Numbered from the stretch's first letter, positions 18,961-28,574 are shown. The stretch is DNA of 64,000 nucleotides from an uncultured Alphaproteobacteria bacterium (GCA_903869725.1 CAIQAD010000038.1:11101-75100); one strand, 5' to 3'. Numbers and translations: made by a program. The notes: a model not told the origin generated them from the sequence alone.

Positions 18961-20046
18961 ATGACTAAAAGTACTGTAAACCAATCAAAAAATTTTTTTG
19001 AACTTAATTTTGACCAACTTAAAATATTTTTTAAAGAAGATATTGGTCTTGAGCAAAAAAAAATTTCAATGCGAGCAACACAGTTATGGCAATCTATTTA
19101 CAAAAAGGGACTAAAAAATATAAACGATTTATCTACTCTTCCAAAAGAACTTAGAGATGAATTAAATAGATTTATTAATATAAAAAAACCGCAAATTATT
19201 AAGAAGCAAAAATCAGATGATGGCACAATTAAATGGTTAATTAAATTATTTGATAATAATGAAGTAGAATGTGTTTTTATACCCGAAAAAACGAGAGGAA
19301 CTTTATGTATTTCTTCGCAAGTTGGTTGCACATTAAACTGTAGATTTTGTCATACTGGAACACAACGATTAGTAAAAAATTTAAATTTTTCAGAAATTAT
19401 TGATCAAGTAATGATCGCAAAAGAAGAACTTAATGATTGGCAAGAGCAAAAAAAAATTACCAATATAGTTCTAATGGGAATGGGAGAACCTTTTTACAAT
19501 TATGATAATGTTAAAACAGCTGTTGATATTTTGAAAAATAAAGATGGATTAAATTATGGAACAAAAAAGATTACAGTCTCAACAGCAGGAATTGCGGATA
19601 AAATTGCGCTAGCTGCTAAAGAAATTGGCACATATCTTGCATTATCTTTGCATGCACCAACCGATGAAATTAGAGAATTAATTATGCCAATTAATAAAAA
19701 ATTTAAAATTAAGGATCTTATTGAACAATGCAAGACTTACGCAAAGATTACAAAAGAAAAAATTACCTTAGAATATGTAATGCTTAGAGGAATTAATGAT
19801 TCAGAAATATGCGCAAAGCTATTAATAAAAATAATGGCTCAATTTCCCTGCAAAGTTAATCTAATTGAATTTAATCCTTGGCCTGGAGTAAATTATTTAC
19901 CAACGGAAAGAAAAGAAATGGAAAAATTCTCTGAAATTATTCAAAAAGCTGGTTACATTTCAACTATTAGAAGATCAAGGGGACAGGATATTTTGGGAGC
20001 TTGTGGACAGTTACGCACAGAAAGCTTAAGAAAAAAAATTAATTAA
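18961..20046 (+). CDS. rlmN: 23S rRNA/tRNA (adenine-C2)-methyltransferase, radical SAM
   Basis: 361 aa. Radical-SAM cluster CTLNCRFCHTG, MGMGEP, and the C-terminal catalytic GACGQL. Confidence 0.93.
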   Translation: MTKSTVNQSKNFFELNFDQLKIFFKEDIGLEQKKISMRATQLWQSIYKKGLKNINDLSTLPKELRDELNRFINIKKPQIIKKQKSDDGTIKWLIKLFDNNEVECVFIPEKTRGTLCISSQVGCTLNCRFCHTGTQRLVKNLNFSEIIDQVMIAKEELNDWQEQKKITNIVLMGMGEPFYNYDNVKTAVDILKNKDGLNYGTKKITVSTAGIADKIALAAKEIGTYLALSLHAPTDEIRELIMPINKKFKIKDLIEQCKTYAKITKEKITLEYVMLRGINDSEICAKLLIKIMAQFPCKVNLIEFNPWPGVNYLPTERKEMEKFSEIIQKAGYISTIRRSRGQDILGACGQLRTESLRKKIN

Positions 20047-20276
20047 TTATTAGAATTAATTATTTTACTAATAATAAATATAGTCAGTTTCCTAAAATAA
20101 AATATTGGCAAAAGCGCAATAAAAAATACTAATAACCAAGCTTTCATCCAAATCGAAAAAAAATCTTCGACAAAACCATAATGCATGATTGTGGTTGCAA
20201 ACGACATTATAAAACCCATTAAAAAAGCCATGCAAATTGTAAAAATGTAAGGTTCAAATTTTTTACTAATCTTCAT
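20043..20276 (-). CDS. small 2-TM membrane protein (DUF2798-like)
   Basis: 77 aa with two hydrophobic helices. It is the last gene of the FAH operon, with a 4-nt gap. Its stop overlaps the rlmN stop by 4 nt. Confidence 0.55.
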   Translation of the reverse strand: MKISKKFEPYIFTICMAFLMGFIMSFATTIMHYGFVEDFFSIWMKAWLLVFFIALLPIFYFRKLTIFIISKIINSNN

Positions 20277-20280
20277 AAAA

Positions 20281-20994
20281 TTAAATAATTTTAATCGACA
20301 AATCAGGTAACTTATCTAGTTTAGCAGTAATTATATCACCTTTAACAACTGGCCCAACATTTTCTGGAGTTCCTGAAAAAATTATGTCTCCTGGAAATAA
20401 TTCATTTGCTTCAGATAGTTTTGCAATTTGTTCTGCAACTGACCATATCATTTGGTTTAAATTTGCTTTTTGTTTAACTCCTCCATTTACCGAGAGAGAA
20501 ATATCACCTTCCTTAAAATGACCTACTTTTTCAACTAAATGAATTGGTCCAATTGGTGCTGCATTATCAAAGGATTTTCCCACTTCCCAAGGTTTATTTT
20601 TTTCTGCTAATTGCTTTTGCAAATCTCTTCTTGTCATATCTAAACCTAATGCATAACCAAAAACATGCTCTAAAGCTTTATCAATTGAAATATTTTTTCC
20701 ACCTTTTTTTAAGGTTACAACTAATTCAACTTCGTAATGATAATTGTTGGTTAAACTTGGGTAAGGATGGTTAACAACTTTATTAGGCTCTACATTTTGA
20801 ATAGCATCAGTTGCTTTTTGAAAAAAAAATGGCGTTTCTCTTGTTGGATCAGATCCCATTTCTTTTGCGTGTGCCGCATAATTTCTGCCAATACAATATA
20901 TTCTTCTAACCGGGAATAGCTCTTTGCTGTCTACTATTGAAATGTATGTATGTTTTACCTTAAACGGTGTTTTAATGTTGGCCGAATTATTCAT
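20281..20994 (-). CDS. fumarylacetoacetate hydrolase (FAH) family protein, fumarylpyruvate hydrolase-like
   Basis: 237 aa. RIYCIGRNYAAHAKEMG, YEVELVV and PGDIIFSGTPENVG are typical of short FAH-family enzymes. Confidence 0.88.
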   Translation of the reverse strand: MNNSANIKTPFKVKHTYISIVDSKELFPVRRIYCIGRNYAAHAKEMGSDPTRETPFFFQKATDAIQNVEPNKVVNHPYPSLTNNYHYEVELVVTLKKGGKNISIDKALEHVFGYALGLDMTRRDLQKQLAEKNKPWEVGKSFDNAAPIGPIHLVEKVGHFKEGDISLSVNGGVKQKANLNQMIWSVAEQIAKLSEANELFPGDIIFSGTPENVGPVVKGDIITAKLDKLPDLSIKII

Positions 20995-21006
20995 CAGCGA
21001 ATGGAT

Positions 21007-22080
21007 TTAACCAATTTTATTACGCAAAAGACCTATACCTGTAACTTCTGTTTCCATTACATCTCCGGGCTTTAAAAATTCTGCTGGTGTTCTGCTGTAC
21101 CCTACTCCTGGAGGCGTACCTGTCGCTATAATATCACCCGGCAAAAGAGTTAAACCTCTGGACAACTCTGAAATAATTGTTGGAATTTTAAAATACATTT
21201 GTTTGTAGCTGCCGTTTTGTTTTTCAACACCATTTACTCTACAAATAATTCTTGTTTCATCTAAATTTAATCCTCCGGCTGTAACAACCCACGGGCCCAT
21301 TGGGCCATGACCATCTATACTTTTTCCTTTGAACCATTGACCAGAGTGTCTTTTTTGTTGAACATCTCTTACTGTTGTATCGTTATAGGCAGAATAACCA
21401 AAAACATATTCCATTGCATCTTTTTCTGAAATATTTTTTCCTTTTTTACCAATAATTACTGCAAGTTCTGCTTCCCAATCTTCCATTGTAGAATATGATG
21501 CGTCATAAGGAATATTTCCGAAAGGTTCGTTCATTGTTTGTGTGCCTTTACTAAAAAAAACTGGATACTTAGGGTATTCAGTTACACCTTTATCTGCTCT
21601 CGCTTCTTTTCCTTCTTCAAAATGTTCTAAATAATTCCAACCGACACAATAAATATTACTTTGAGGTTTTGGAATTGGAGATAATAACTTAACTTGATTA
21701 ATTTCAGCGCTTGCTTTTCCTTTTCCTTTGAAAATTTTATCTATTTGTTGAAGACCTATATTTCCAGAACTTGCTAAAGAAATAAGAGAATTTGAATCAA
21801 AATCTAATTTTACTTTTTGTATTTTCGCTTCTGCTCCAATATCATAAATTTTTCCATCTTCAGTTACCAGTCCAAGACGGGAAGTTCCAGCTGCTGGAAC
21901 ATAATTTGCAATTCTATAACCCATTTTTGCAGATAAATTTGGAACATTAATATTTGTTTGAGCTTGAACCTTTTCATTAAAATTTAGTAAGCTGCTAACG
22001 GTGCCAAATGCAGCTGCAGCAACACCAATTTTTAAAGCTGTTCTTCTATGAATTTTTATATTTTTTTTATTTTTGATCAT
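21007..22080 (-). CDS. FAH family protein with predicted Tat signal peptide
   Basis: 357 aa. The N-terminus KIHRRTALKIGVAAAAFGTVSSLLNFNEKVQAQ combines a twin-arginine motif, an h-region and an AxA-like site. It is followed by an FAH N-domain and a catalytic domain (IYCVGWNY, EAELAVII, PGDIIATGTPPGVG). Confidence 0.85.
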   Translation of the reverse strand: MIKNKKNIKIHRRTALKIGVAAAAFGTVSSLLNFNEKVQAQTNINVPNLSAKMGYRIANYVPAAGTSRLGLVTEDGKIYDIGAEAKIQKVKLDFDSNSLISLASSGNIGLQQIDKIFKGKGKASAEINQVKLLSPIPKPQSNIYCVGWNYLEHFEEGKEARADKGVTEYPKYPVFFSKGTQTMNEPFGNIPYDASYSTMEDWEAELAVIIGKKGKNISEKDAMEYVFGYSAYNDTTVRDVQQKRHSGQWFKGKSIDGHGPMGPWVVTAGGLNLDETRIICRVNGVEKQNGSYKQMYFKIPTIISELSRGLTLLPGDIIATGTPPGVGYSRTPAEFLKPGDVMETEVTGIGLLRNKIG

Positions 22081-22211
22081 TAATTTCTAATTAAATATAC
22101 CACTCGAATTGTAGTTGGCAACATAAGTTAATAAATACATCTTAAAAGCGAAATAAAATTTATATAATTATTAAGAAAGCTATCTTTTAAATTAATATGA
22201 AAAAACTTTCT

Positions 22212-23171
22212 TTAAAAAATTTTATCTGAAACTTTATTTTTGTACCAATTAGAAAATAAATACATTCCTTTTTCTAATGAAATCTTCGGCTTAAATTTAA
22301 TAATTTTATTTAGTTTAAAATTATTAGATGAAGTTTTGTAAACATCAGCTTTATTTCTTTCTACATATTTTTCTCTAAATTTAACTCCAACTATATTTTT
22401 TATAATTTTTACTAAATCTTCTAAAGACCTGGATTCACTATTTCCAATATTTAAAATCTCAAGATAACTTTTTTTTTTTTTATAAACATTAATTAGTTTA
22501 TGGATAGAAATGACAATATCATCAATATATGTAAAAGAACGTTTTGATGTTTTGTCTCCATAAATTTCAATTTTTTTGGAGTTTTTAATACTATTTAAAA
22601 ATTTATAATAAGACATATCTTCTCTACCGAGTGGTCCATAAACCGTAAAAAAGCGTAATCCAATTGAATTAATTTTATTTAAAAAGTTATAAGTTTTGGC
22701 GAGATATTCATTTGCGACTTTTGAAACTCCATAAACAGAAACTGGATTAGGATGGGATAAATTTTCTGAGAAATTTTCAGTATTTCCATAAACTGAACTT
22801 GAAGAAGCGTAAAAAATATTTCTTACTTTATTTTTAATTGCATATTCAAAAAGGTTAATAAAAGAGACAAGATTGTTATTAATTGTTTTGACTGGCTGAA
22901 TTTGAGAAATCCTAACACCTGGTTGTGCTGCTAAATGAATTATAAAATCAAATTTCTTATTATTAAATTTTTTAGAAAGATTTTTTGCATTATTTAAATC
23001 AACTCTTATAAATTTTAATTTATTTTTTTTGATTTCTTGCAGACGTAATTTCTGGGTAAATTTACAAACAGAAGATAAATTATCACAACCAGTAACATCA
23101 AAATAATTATGTAAATGTTTATGAAGATGAAATCCTATAAAACCAGCGGAACCTGTAATTAATATTCTCAT
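22212..23171 (-). CDS. NAD-dependent sugar-nucleotide epimerase, UDP-glucuronate 4-epimerase-like
   Basis: 319 aa SDR. ILITGSAGFIGFH, YGVSKVANE (YxxxK), and LRFFTVYGPLGREDM, which resembles the GlcA-4-epimerase hallmark RFFTVYGPWGRPDM. Confidence 0.8.
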   Translation of the reverse strand: MRILITGSAGFIGFHLHKHLHNYFDVTGCDNLSSVCKFTQKLRLQEIKKNKLKFIRVDLNNAKNLSKKFNNKKFDFIIHLAAQPGVRISQIQPVKTINNNLVSFINLFEYAIKNKVRNIFYASSSSVYGNTENFSENLSHPNPVSVYGVSKVANEYLAKTYNFLNKINSIGLRFFTVYGPLGREDMSYYKFLNSIKNSKKIEIYGDKTSKRSFTYIDDIVISIHKLINVYKKKKSYLEILNIGNSESRSLEDLVKIIKNIVGVKFREKYVERNKADVYKTSSNNFKLNKIIKFKPKISLEKGMYLFSNWYKNKVSDKIF

Positions 23172-23203
23172 GAATTATATTTTAATTTTATCTATTAGAT
23201 TGT

Positions 23204-23929
23204 CTATTTTATGTCTTCGTTCTTAAAATCTTGAGGAATACCTCGAGCTATTAACCAACGAACCCCTATTAAATCTGTAATACCAACTAAAAGTCTTTGC
23301 CAAAATCCATATTTTGAAACACCAAATTTTCTAGGACGGTGTGACACATCTGTCGTTAAAATTTTAACATGATTACGAATGAGAAGAGCAGGCAAAAATC
23401 TATGCATATGATCAAAATAGGGCAAACTTAAATAATCTTCTTTTCTAATAAGTTTTAATGAACAACCTGTGTCTCTAATTCCATCTCTAGTAATTGTTGA
23501 ACGAATTTTATTTGCAAGAATTGAAGAAATTTTTCTAACAAAATTATCTTTACGTTCTGCTCTTTGTCCAGCAATCATGATCTTTTTTTCATCACTACTA
23601 GCCTGCGCATACTGCTGATATAATTTTTCAATATCTTTTGGATCATTTTGTCCATCACCATCCATTAATACTATTAAAGGTTGACTAGCATGACTAACTC
23701 CTGACCAAAAAGCTAACGACTGACCAGACTTTTTTGAATGTTTAATAATTCTAAGTAAACTATTTTTTTGCTTTAAATTTTTTAATATGTTTAAGGAATG
23801 ATCAGTACTTCCGTCATCTACATAAATAATTTCTTTTATTGGAGTTTTAGTCGCAGCCTCAACTATCTCAAACAATAAAGATTCTATATTTTCTTGTTCA
23901 TTAAAGATTGGAACAATTACAGTAATCAT
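23204..23929 (-). CDS. GT2 polyprenyl-phosphate glycosyltransferase (ArnC/RgtE/DPM1-like)
   Basis: 241 aa. VIVPIFNE, YVDDGSTD, and MDGDGQNDP (DxD). Confidence 0.85.
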   Translation of the reverse strand: MITVIVPIFNEQENIESLLFEIVEAATKTPIKEIIYVDDGSTDHSLNILKNLKQKNSLLRIIKHSKKSGQSLAFWSGVSHASQPLIVLMDGDGQNDPKDIEKLYQQYAQASSDEKKIMIAGQRAERKDNFVRKISSILANKIRSTITRDGIRDTGCSLKLIRKEDYLSLPYFDHMHRFLPALLIRNHVKILTTDVSHRPRKFGVSKYGFWQRLLVGITDLIGVRWLIARGIPQDFKNEDIK

Positions 23930-23949
23930 TTTTTATAATATATTTATTT

Positions 23950-25335
23950 TTATATCTTTTTTTGAAAAACAACTATTTTTTTTCCTCGATAATTTTGTAC
24001 ATACACAACATCGTAATTCTTATACTCATTCCAACGTAAATCACTGAAGAAAGCTATAATGTAACCTTTTGGATGAAACTGAAACCAAATTGACATTTTT
24101 GGAGTATCAAAAACATCAAACGATTTGTCTATCTTTCCTAAAAATCCAATCTCTCCTTGATAATCAGGCACAAAAGCCCACTCTCGAGTTTTATTTTTAT
24201 TATAAAAATCTGCAAGTGGTTGTAAATTATAATTTGGATAATATTTTGTTTGTGAGAAAATAATCTGACTTAAAATAATAATTGTAACTAAAAATATAGA
24301 AGTAACTTGTATAAATTTCTTTTTTACGCCACTTAATAGAAGAGCCAATCCAATAATTAATAACGGCAACAACGGTAATAAATAATGAACTTGCTTGCCA
24401 GATATAAGTGAAAAACTAATAAATACGGGTATTATTGAAAATAAAATAAATTTAAAATTAGAATTATGAAATGAAATTTTTTTTATATTTTTCCAAAAAT
24501 TAAAAAAAAATATCCAAGGCATAAAAAAAAGTGGAACAAAATAAAGATAAAAATAAAAAGGTCTTGCATGTGCCGCTTGAAAATTACCTTCAACTCTTCC
24601 TGCTGTTTGTTGTAAAATAGAATGGATATTTAAGTGATTATAACGACTAGTTAAAGCAGGTATTAACCAAAATAATACAACCGTAAAAGAAACGACTAAA
24701 GATTCAAATCCAAATCTATAAAAGTTAATTGATGAGGTCATTTTTTTATCACGCCAAATGGGATAAAAAATTAAAGGTAAAAGTGTATAAACATACATCA
24801 CTGGCCCTTTAGTTAAAACTCCGCATCCTATTAGGAAACCAGTTATGAATATGCAAATTATCTTTTTTGAATTAGCGTACTCAAAAAACATTATTAAAGA
24901 TCCTATAAAAAAAACACCAATCAAAATATCAAACATAACTAAACTGCTATAAAATAAAAAAGGAAATGAACCGAGCATTAAATAAGGTATAATTTCTCTA
25001 ATTTTATTTTCTTTCGGCAAAAGTTTTTCTGAAAACTTCTCAGTTAGATACATCAGCAATGCAGAAGCAATAAATATGGGGATTAATGCTACTGATCTAA
25101 AAACTCCAAACACTTTCCAAAAAATGACAATGATCCAAAATAGTAATGGAGGTTTATGAAAATAAGGATCAAAATTTAAAGAAAGTGTTGTGTAATGTTT
25201 TGTAAAATACATTTCCCAAGCAACTGACATATACCGCGTCTCATCAATTGGAAGTAATGGTCTAAAAATTGCTGTAGTTAAAAAAAGCAAAAATAAAGTA
25301 AAATAGGGTAAATAAAATTGATACTTTTTAAGCAC
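23950..25335 (-). CDS. ArnT/PMT-like (GT39/GT83) polytopic glycosyltransferase
   Basis: 461 aa with about 12 TM segments. The first periplasmic loop motif LPIDETRYMSVAWEM is typical of the ArnT/PMT_2 family. Confidence 0.8.
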   Translation of the reverse strand: MLKKYQFYLPYFTLFLLFLTTAIFRPLLPIDETRYMSVAWEMYFTKHYTTLSLNFDPYFHKPPLLFWIIVIFWKVFGVFRSVALIPIFIASALLMYLTEKFSEKLLPKENKIREIIPYLMLGSFPFLFYSSLVMFDILIGVFFIGSLIMFFEYANSKKIICIFITGFLIGCGVLTKGPVMYVYTLLPLIFYPIWRDKKMTSSINFYRFGFESLVVSFTVVLFWLIPALTSRYNHLNIHSILQQTAGRVEGNFQAAHARPFYFYLYFVPLFFMPWIFFFNFWKNIKKISFHNSNFKFILFSIIPVFISFSLISGKQVHYLLPLLPLLIIGLALLLSGVKKKFIQVTSIFLVTIIILSQIIFSQTKYYPNYNLQPLADFYNKNKTREWAFVPDYQGEIGFLGKIDKSFDVFDTPKMSIWFQFHPKGYIIAFFSDLRWNEYKNYDVVYVQNYRGKKIVVFQKKI

Positions 25336-25356
25336 AGTCTAATATTTATTAAATTT

Positions 25357-25632
25357 TTATTTTTTATTATAATTAACGAAATAAATATTTCTCACGTATA
25401 TAAATAAACCAACGCTTTGCCCTAAAATAAATACCGGGTCTTTTCTAAAAATAGCGTAAGCTAGTAAAATTATACCGCCACCTAAACTAAAATACCAAAA
25501 AGCATTAGGAATAACACTTTTTCTAGCTTTTTCAGATGCAATCCATTGTATAAAAAAACGCATAAAAAAAAGACTTTGCCCAATTAAACCAATCGCAAGC
25601 CATATTTTTTCAGCGTTGTAAGGAATATTCAT
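25357..25632 (-). CDS. lipid-A-disaccharide synthase N-terminal (LAB_N) domain membrane protein
   Basis: 91 aa with 3 TM segments. IGQSLFFMRFFIQWIASEKARKSVIPNAFWYFSLGGG matches the LAB_N pattern. Confidence 0.75.
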   Translation of the reverse strand: MNIPYNAEKIWLAIGLIGQSLFFMRFFIQWIASEKARKSVIPNAFWYFSLGGGIILLAYAIFRKDPVFILGQSVGLFIYVRNIYFVNYNKK

Positions 25633-25797
25633 GAATAACCAATATCTAGTAGCATAAATTGATATAAATCTACAACCATTACATTGTATTTAATAATTAA
25701 AATCACGTTAAACTTAGATTTTTAAGCTATTTACTCTAAAAAAAAAGGGAGTACACGTTCCCGAAAAATAAACGATTTATAAAATATTATTTTCTTC

Positions 25798-27669
25798 ATG
25801 AATAAAAAAGTTAAATCGTCACTTTCCTTTTTAGTTCTTGCTTCATTGGGTGTTGTATTTGGAGATATTGGAACATCACCTCTATACGCTTTAAAAATTT
25901 CTGTTGAAGCAACAAAAGGTTCTGGAGCTGGAATTCCGATAGGCGTTTATGGTGTGCTTTCTTTAATCACCTGGGCGCTAATGATTGTTGTCTCAATTAA
26001 ATATGTTTTGATTATTATGAGAACGGATAACAAGGGAGAGGGAGGTATTCTTGCTCTGCTTGCTTTAGTCATGAGAAAAATGGGGAATCAAAATCATAAA
26101 CATATACGATGGATTATGATTGTTATTGGTGCGCTTGGTGCCTCTTTATTTTTTGGTGATAGTTTAATTACTCCTGCAATTTCCGTGTTAAGTGCTGTTG
26201 AAGGTCTTAAAGTATTATCTCCTGGACTTAGTCATTATGTTATAACAATTTCTTTATTTTTAGTTGTTGTACTTTTCGTGTTTGAAAAATTTGGTACTGC
26301 AAAAGTTGGGGTAGTATTTGGCCCGATCATGTTATTATTTTTTTTAGTAATTGGTTATCTTGGAATAATTCAAATTATAGAACAACCTCAAATTCTAAGA
26401 GCTTTAAATCCTATTTATGGACTTAATTATTTAGTCAATCATTTTGGATTTGCTGCTATTGTTTTAGGAGCAGTAGTTCTAGCAATTACTGGGGGAGAGG
26501 CCTTATATGCAGACATGGGACATTTTGGAGCTAAAGCTATAAGAATATCTTGGTTCTTTATTGCTTTACCCTGCCTTCTATTAAACTATTTTGGTCAAGG
26601 AGCTTTGATAATTAAGAACCCAGCTTTTCTTGATAATCCTTTTTATCGCTTAGCACCGGACTGGTCTCTAATTTACTTAATTATTTTATCTACTGCAGCT
26701 ACCATCATCGCTTCACAAGCTGTAATTTCTGGAGTTTTTTCAATGGTAAGCCAAGCAGTTCAGCTTGGTCTTTTTCCAAGAATGAAAATTAAATACACTT
26801 CAACAAAAGAAATTGGCCAGGTCTATTTATCTAAAATTAACCTTATTCTATGCGTTGGAGTACTTTTTCTAATTATAAATTTTAAAAATTCAGACTCTTT
26901 AGCTAATGCATATGGAGTTGCAGTTACTGGGACTATGTTATTAACTAGTATTCTTGCATGTTATTTATTAATTGTACTTCGCAAATGGAATAAGTTTATT
27001 TTGATTCCTGCATTCTTTTTTATATTTATTGTCGATATCACTTTCTTTTTTTCAAACATTTATAAATTTGTAGACGGAGGTTGGTTGCCAATCTTAATTG
27101 CAAGCATTTGTCTAACGTTAATGCTGAGTTGGATTGTAGGGAGAGAAAAACTTCTTAAATCAAGATGGTTAGCAGCAATAAAAATTGAAAAGTTTCTTAG
27201 GGACATCAAAAGACAAAAAGTTAAAAGAGTTCCAGGCACAGCAATATTTTTTGTACCAAACTTAAAAGTTGTACCCATGACGTTAACAAATAATATATTG
27301 CACAATAAAGTATTACACTCTCGAGTTATTTGTATGCACATTAAGTTTGAAAATTATCCAAGCTTAAATGATAACGAACGTGTTGATATTAAAAAATTGA
27401 ATCAAAACTTTTATATGATTACTGTTCGTTATGGATTTACTGAGGAACCTAACATTCCTAGAATCTTAGCATTTTTAAGAGCAAAAGAATTTCGATTTAG
27501 CATGTTGGAAACTTCTTTCTTTATTGGAAAAGCTAAATTAATTGCAAAAAAACCTTCTCCTTTTACAACGCTCTTCATCATGATGCATCGTATTATGTTA
27601 GATGCAACTGCATATTATAAAATCCCTCCCGAACGTACTGTTGAGATGGGTGGCGTCATAGAAATCTAA
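25798..27669 (+). CDS. kup: KUP/HAK/KT potassium uptake transporter
   Basis: 623 aa. GVVFGDIGTSPLYAL, GGILALLAL and GGEALYADMGHFG are diagnostic Kup motifs. Confidence 0.95.
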   Translation: MNKKVKSSLSFLVLASLGVVFGDIGTSPLYALKISVEATKGSGAGIPIGVYGVLSLITWALMIVVSIKYVLIIMRTDNKGEGGILALLALVMRKMGNQNHKHIRWIMIVIGALGASLFFGDSLITPAISVLSAVEGLKVLSPGLSHYVITISLFLVVVLFVFEKFGTAKVGVVFGPIMLLFFLVIGYLGIIQIIEQPQILRALNPIYGLNYLVNHFGFAAIVLGAVVLAITGGEALYADMGHFGAKAIRISWFFIALPCLLLNYFGQGALIIKNPAFLDNPFYRLAPDWSLIYLIILSTAATIIASQAVISGVFSMVSQAVQLGLFPRMKIKYTSTKEIGQVYLSKINLILCVGVLFLIINFKNSDSLANAYGVAVTGTMLLTSILACYLLIVLRKWNKFILIPAFFFIFIVDITFFFSNIYKFVDGGWLPILIASICLTLMLSWIVGREKLLKSRWLAAIKIEKFLRDIKRQKVKRVPGTAIFFVPNLKVVPMTLTNNILHNKVLHSRVICMHIKFENYPSLNDNERVDIKKLNQNFYMITVRYGFTEEPNIPRILAFLRAKEFRFSMLETSFFIGKAKLIAKKPSPFTTLFIMMHRIMLDATAYYKIPPERTVEMGGVIEI

Positions 27670-27674
27670 AGTTT

Positions 27675-28553
27675 ATGTTTAAAAATTTTACAAAGGAATT
27701 TGTAAAAGTTAAAAAAGGAAAAATATTTTGCAGAGTATCTGGCAATGGTACTCCTTTGCTATTACTTCACGGCTACCCACAAACACATGTAATGTGGCAT
27801 AAAGTTGCACCGCTACTTGCTAAAAAATTCAAAATCATTATTGCAGATTTAAGAGGCTACGGACAAAGTTTCTACATGAACGGTGATAAAAATCATGCCA
27901 ATTATTCTAAAAGAGAAATGGCCAAAGACATGGTTCAGCTTATGAAAAAATTAGGACATGATAAGTTTTTGTTAGCCGGTCATGACCGTGGAGCTAGAGT
28001 TGCTCATCGTCTTGCTCGTGACTTTAGAAAACATGTCATTGCAATGAGCATTTTAGATATCTGCCCAACATTGGACATGTACAATGCAACAAACAAAGAG
28101 TTTGCAACTGGCTATTTCCATTGGTTTTTTTTAATTCAACCTAAACCTTTGCCAGAAAATTTTATTAATAAAGATCCTAAAAGCTGGCTAATTAATTGTT
28201 TAAAAAAGTGGTCTGGAAACTTCAATTTTAGAGGAATAGATAAACATTATATTAAATACTTTAAAACAAATAAAAGCATTCATGCAACGTGCGAAGATTA
28301 TAGAGCCGGAGCAACTATTGATCTTAGACATGATAAACAAGATTTAACTAAAAAACTCAATATTCCTATTCAAGTCTTATGGGGTAAACAGGGAAGAATT
28401 GGAAAACAATTTAAACCATTAAATGTTTGGCAGAAATATTCAAACAAAAAAATTGTTGGCAAAGGACTAAATTGTGGGCATTTTTTAGCAGAAGAAAAGC
28501 CAATTGAAACTGCAAAAGAGCTTTCAAAATTTTTATTAAAATATTCTAATTAA
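27675..28553 (+). CDS. alpha/beta hydrolase, haloacetate/fluoroacetate dehalogenase-like
   Basis: 292 aa. LLLHGYPQTHVMWHKVAPLLA, ADLRGYGQS, GHDRGARVAHR, YFHWFF, CEDYRAG and CGHF align with characterised fluoroacetate dehalogenases as I recall them. Confidence 0.8.
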   Translation: MFKNFTKEFVKVKKGKIFCRVSGNGTPLLLLHGYPQTHVMWHKVAPLLAKKFKIIIADLRGYGQSFYMNGDKNHANYSKREMAKDMVQLMKKLGHDKFLLAGHDRGARVAHRLARDFRKHVIAMSILDICPTLDMYNATNKEFATGYFHWFFLIQPKPLPENFINKDPKSWLINCLKKWSGNFNFRGIDKHYIKYFKTNKSIHATCEDYRAGATIDLRHDKQDLTKKLNIPIQVLWGKQGRIGKQFKPLNVWQKYSNKKIVGKGLNCGHFLAEEKPIETAKELSKFLLKYSN

Positions 28554-28574
28554 AACAATTCAAAAATAAAAAAA

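Noticed and set aside
25747-25762. Small GC-containing hairpin (gggagtacacgttccc) upstream of kup as a possible riboswitch, for example c-di-AMP or K+ related
   Set aside because: It has only 4 Watson-Crick pairs plus wobble pairs. It is far too small for the ydaO-type aptamer, and no conserved motif was recognised.
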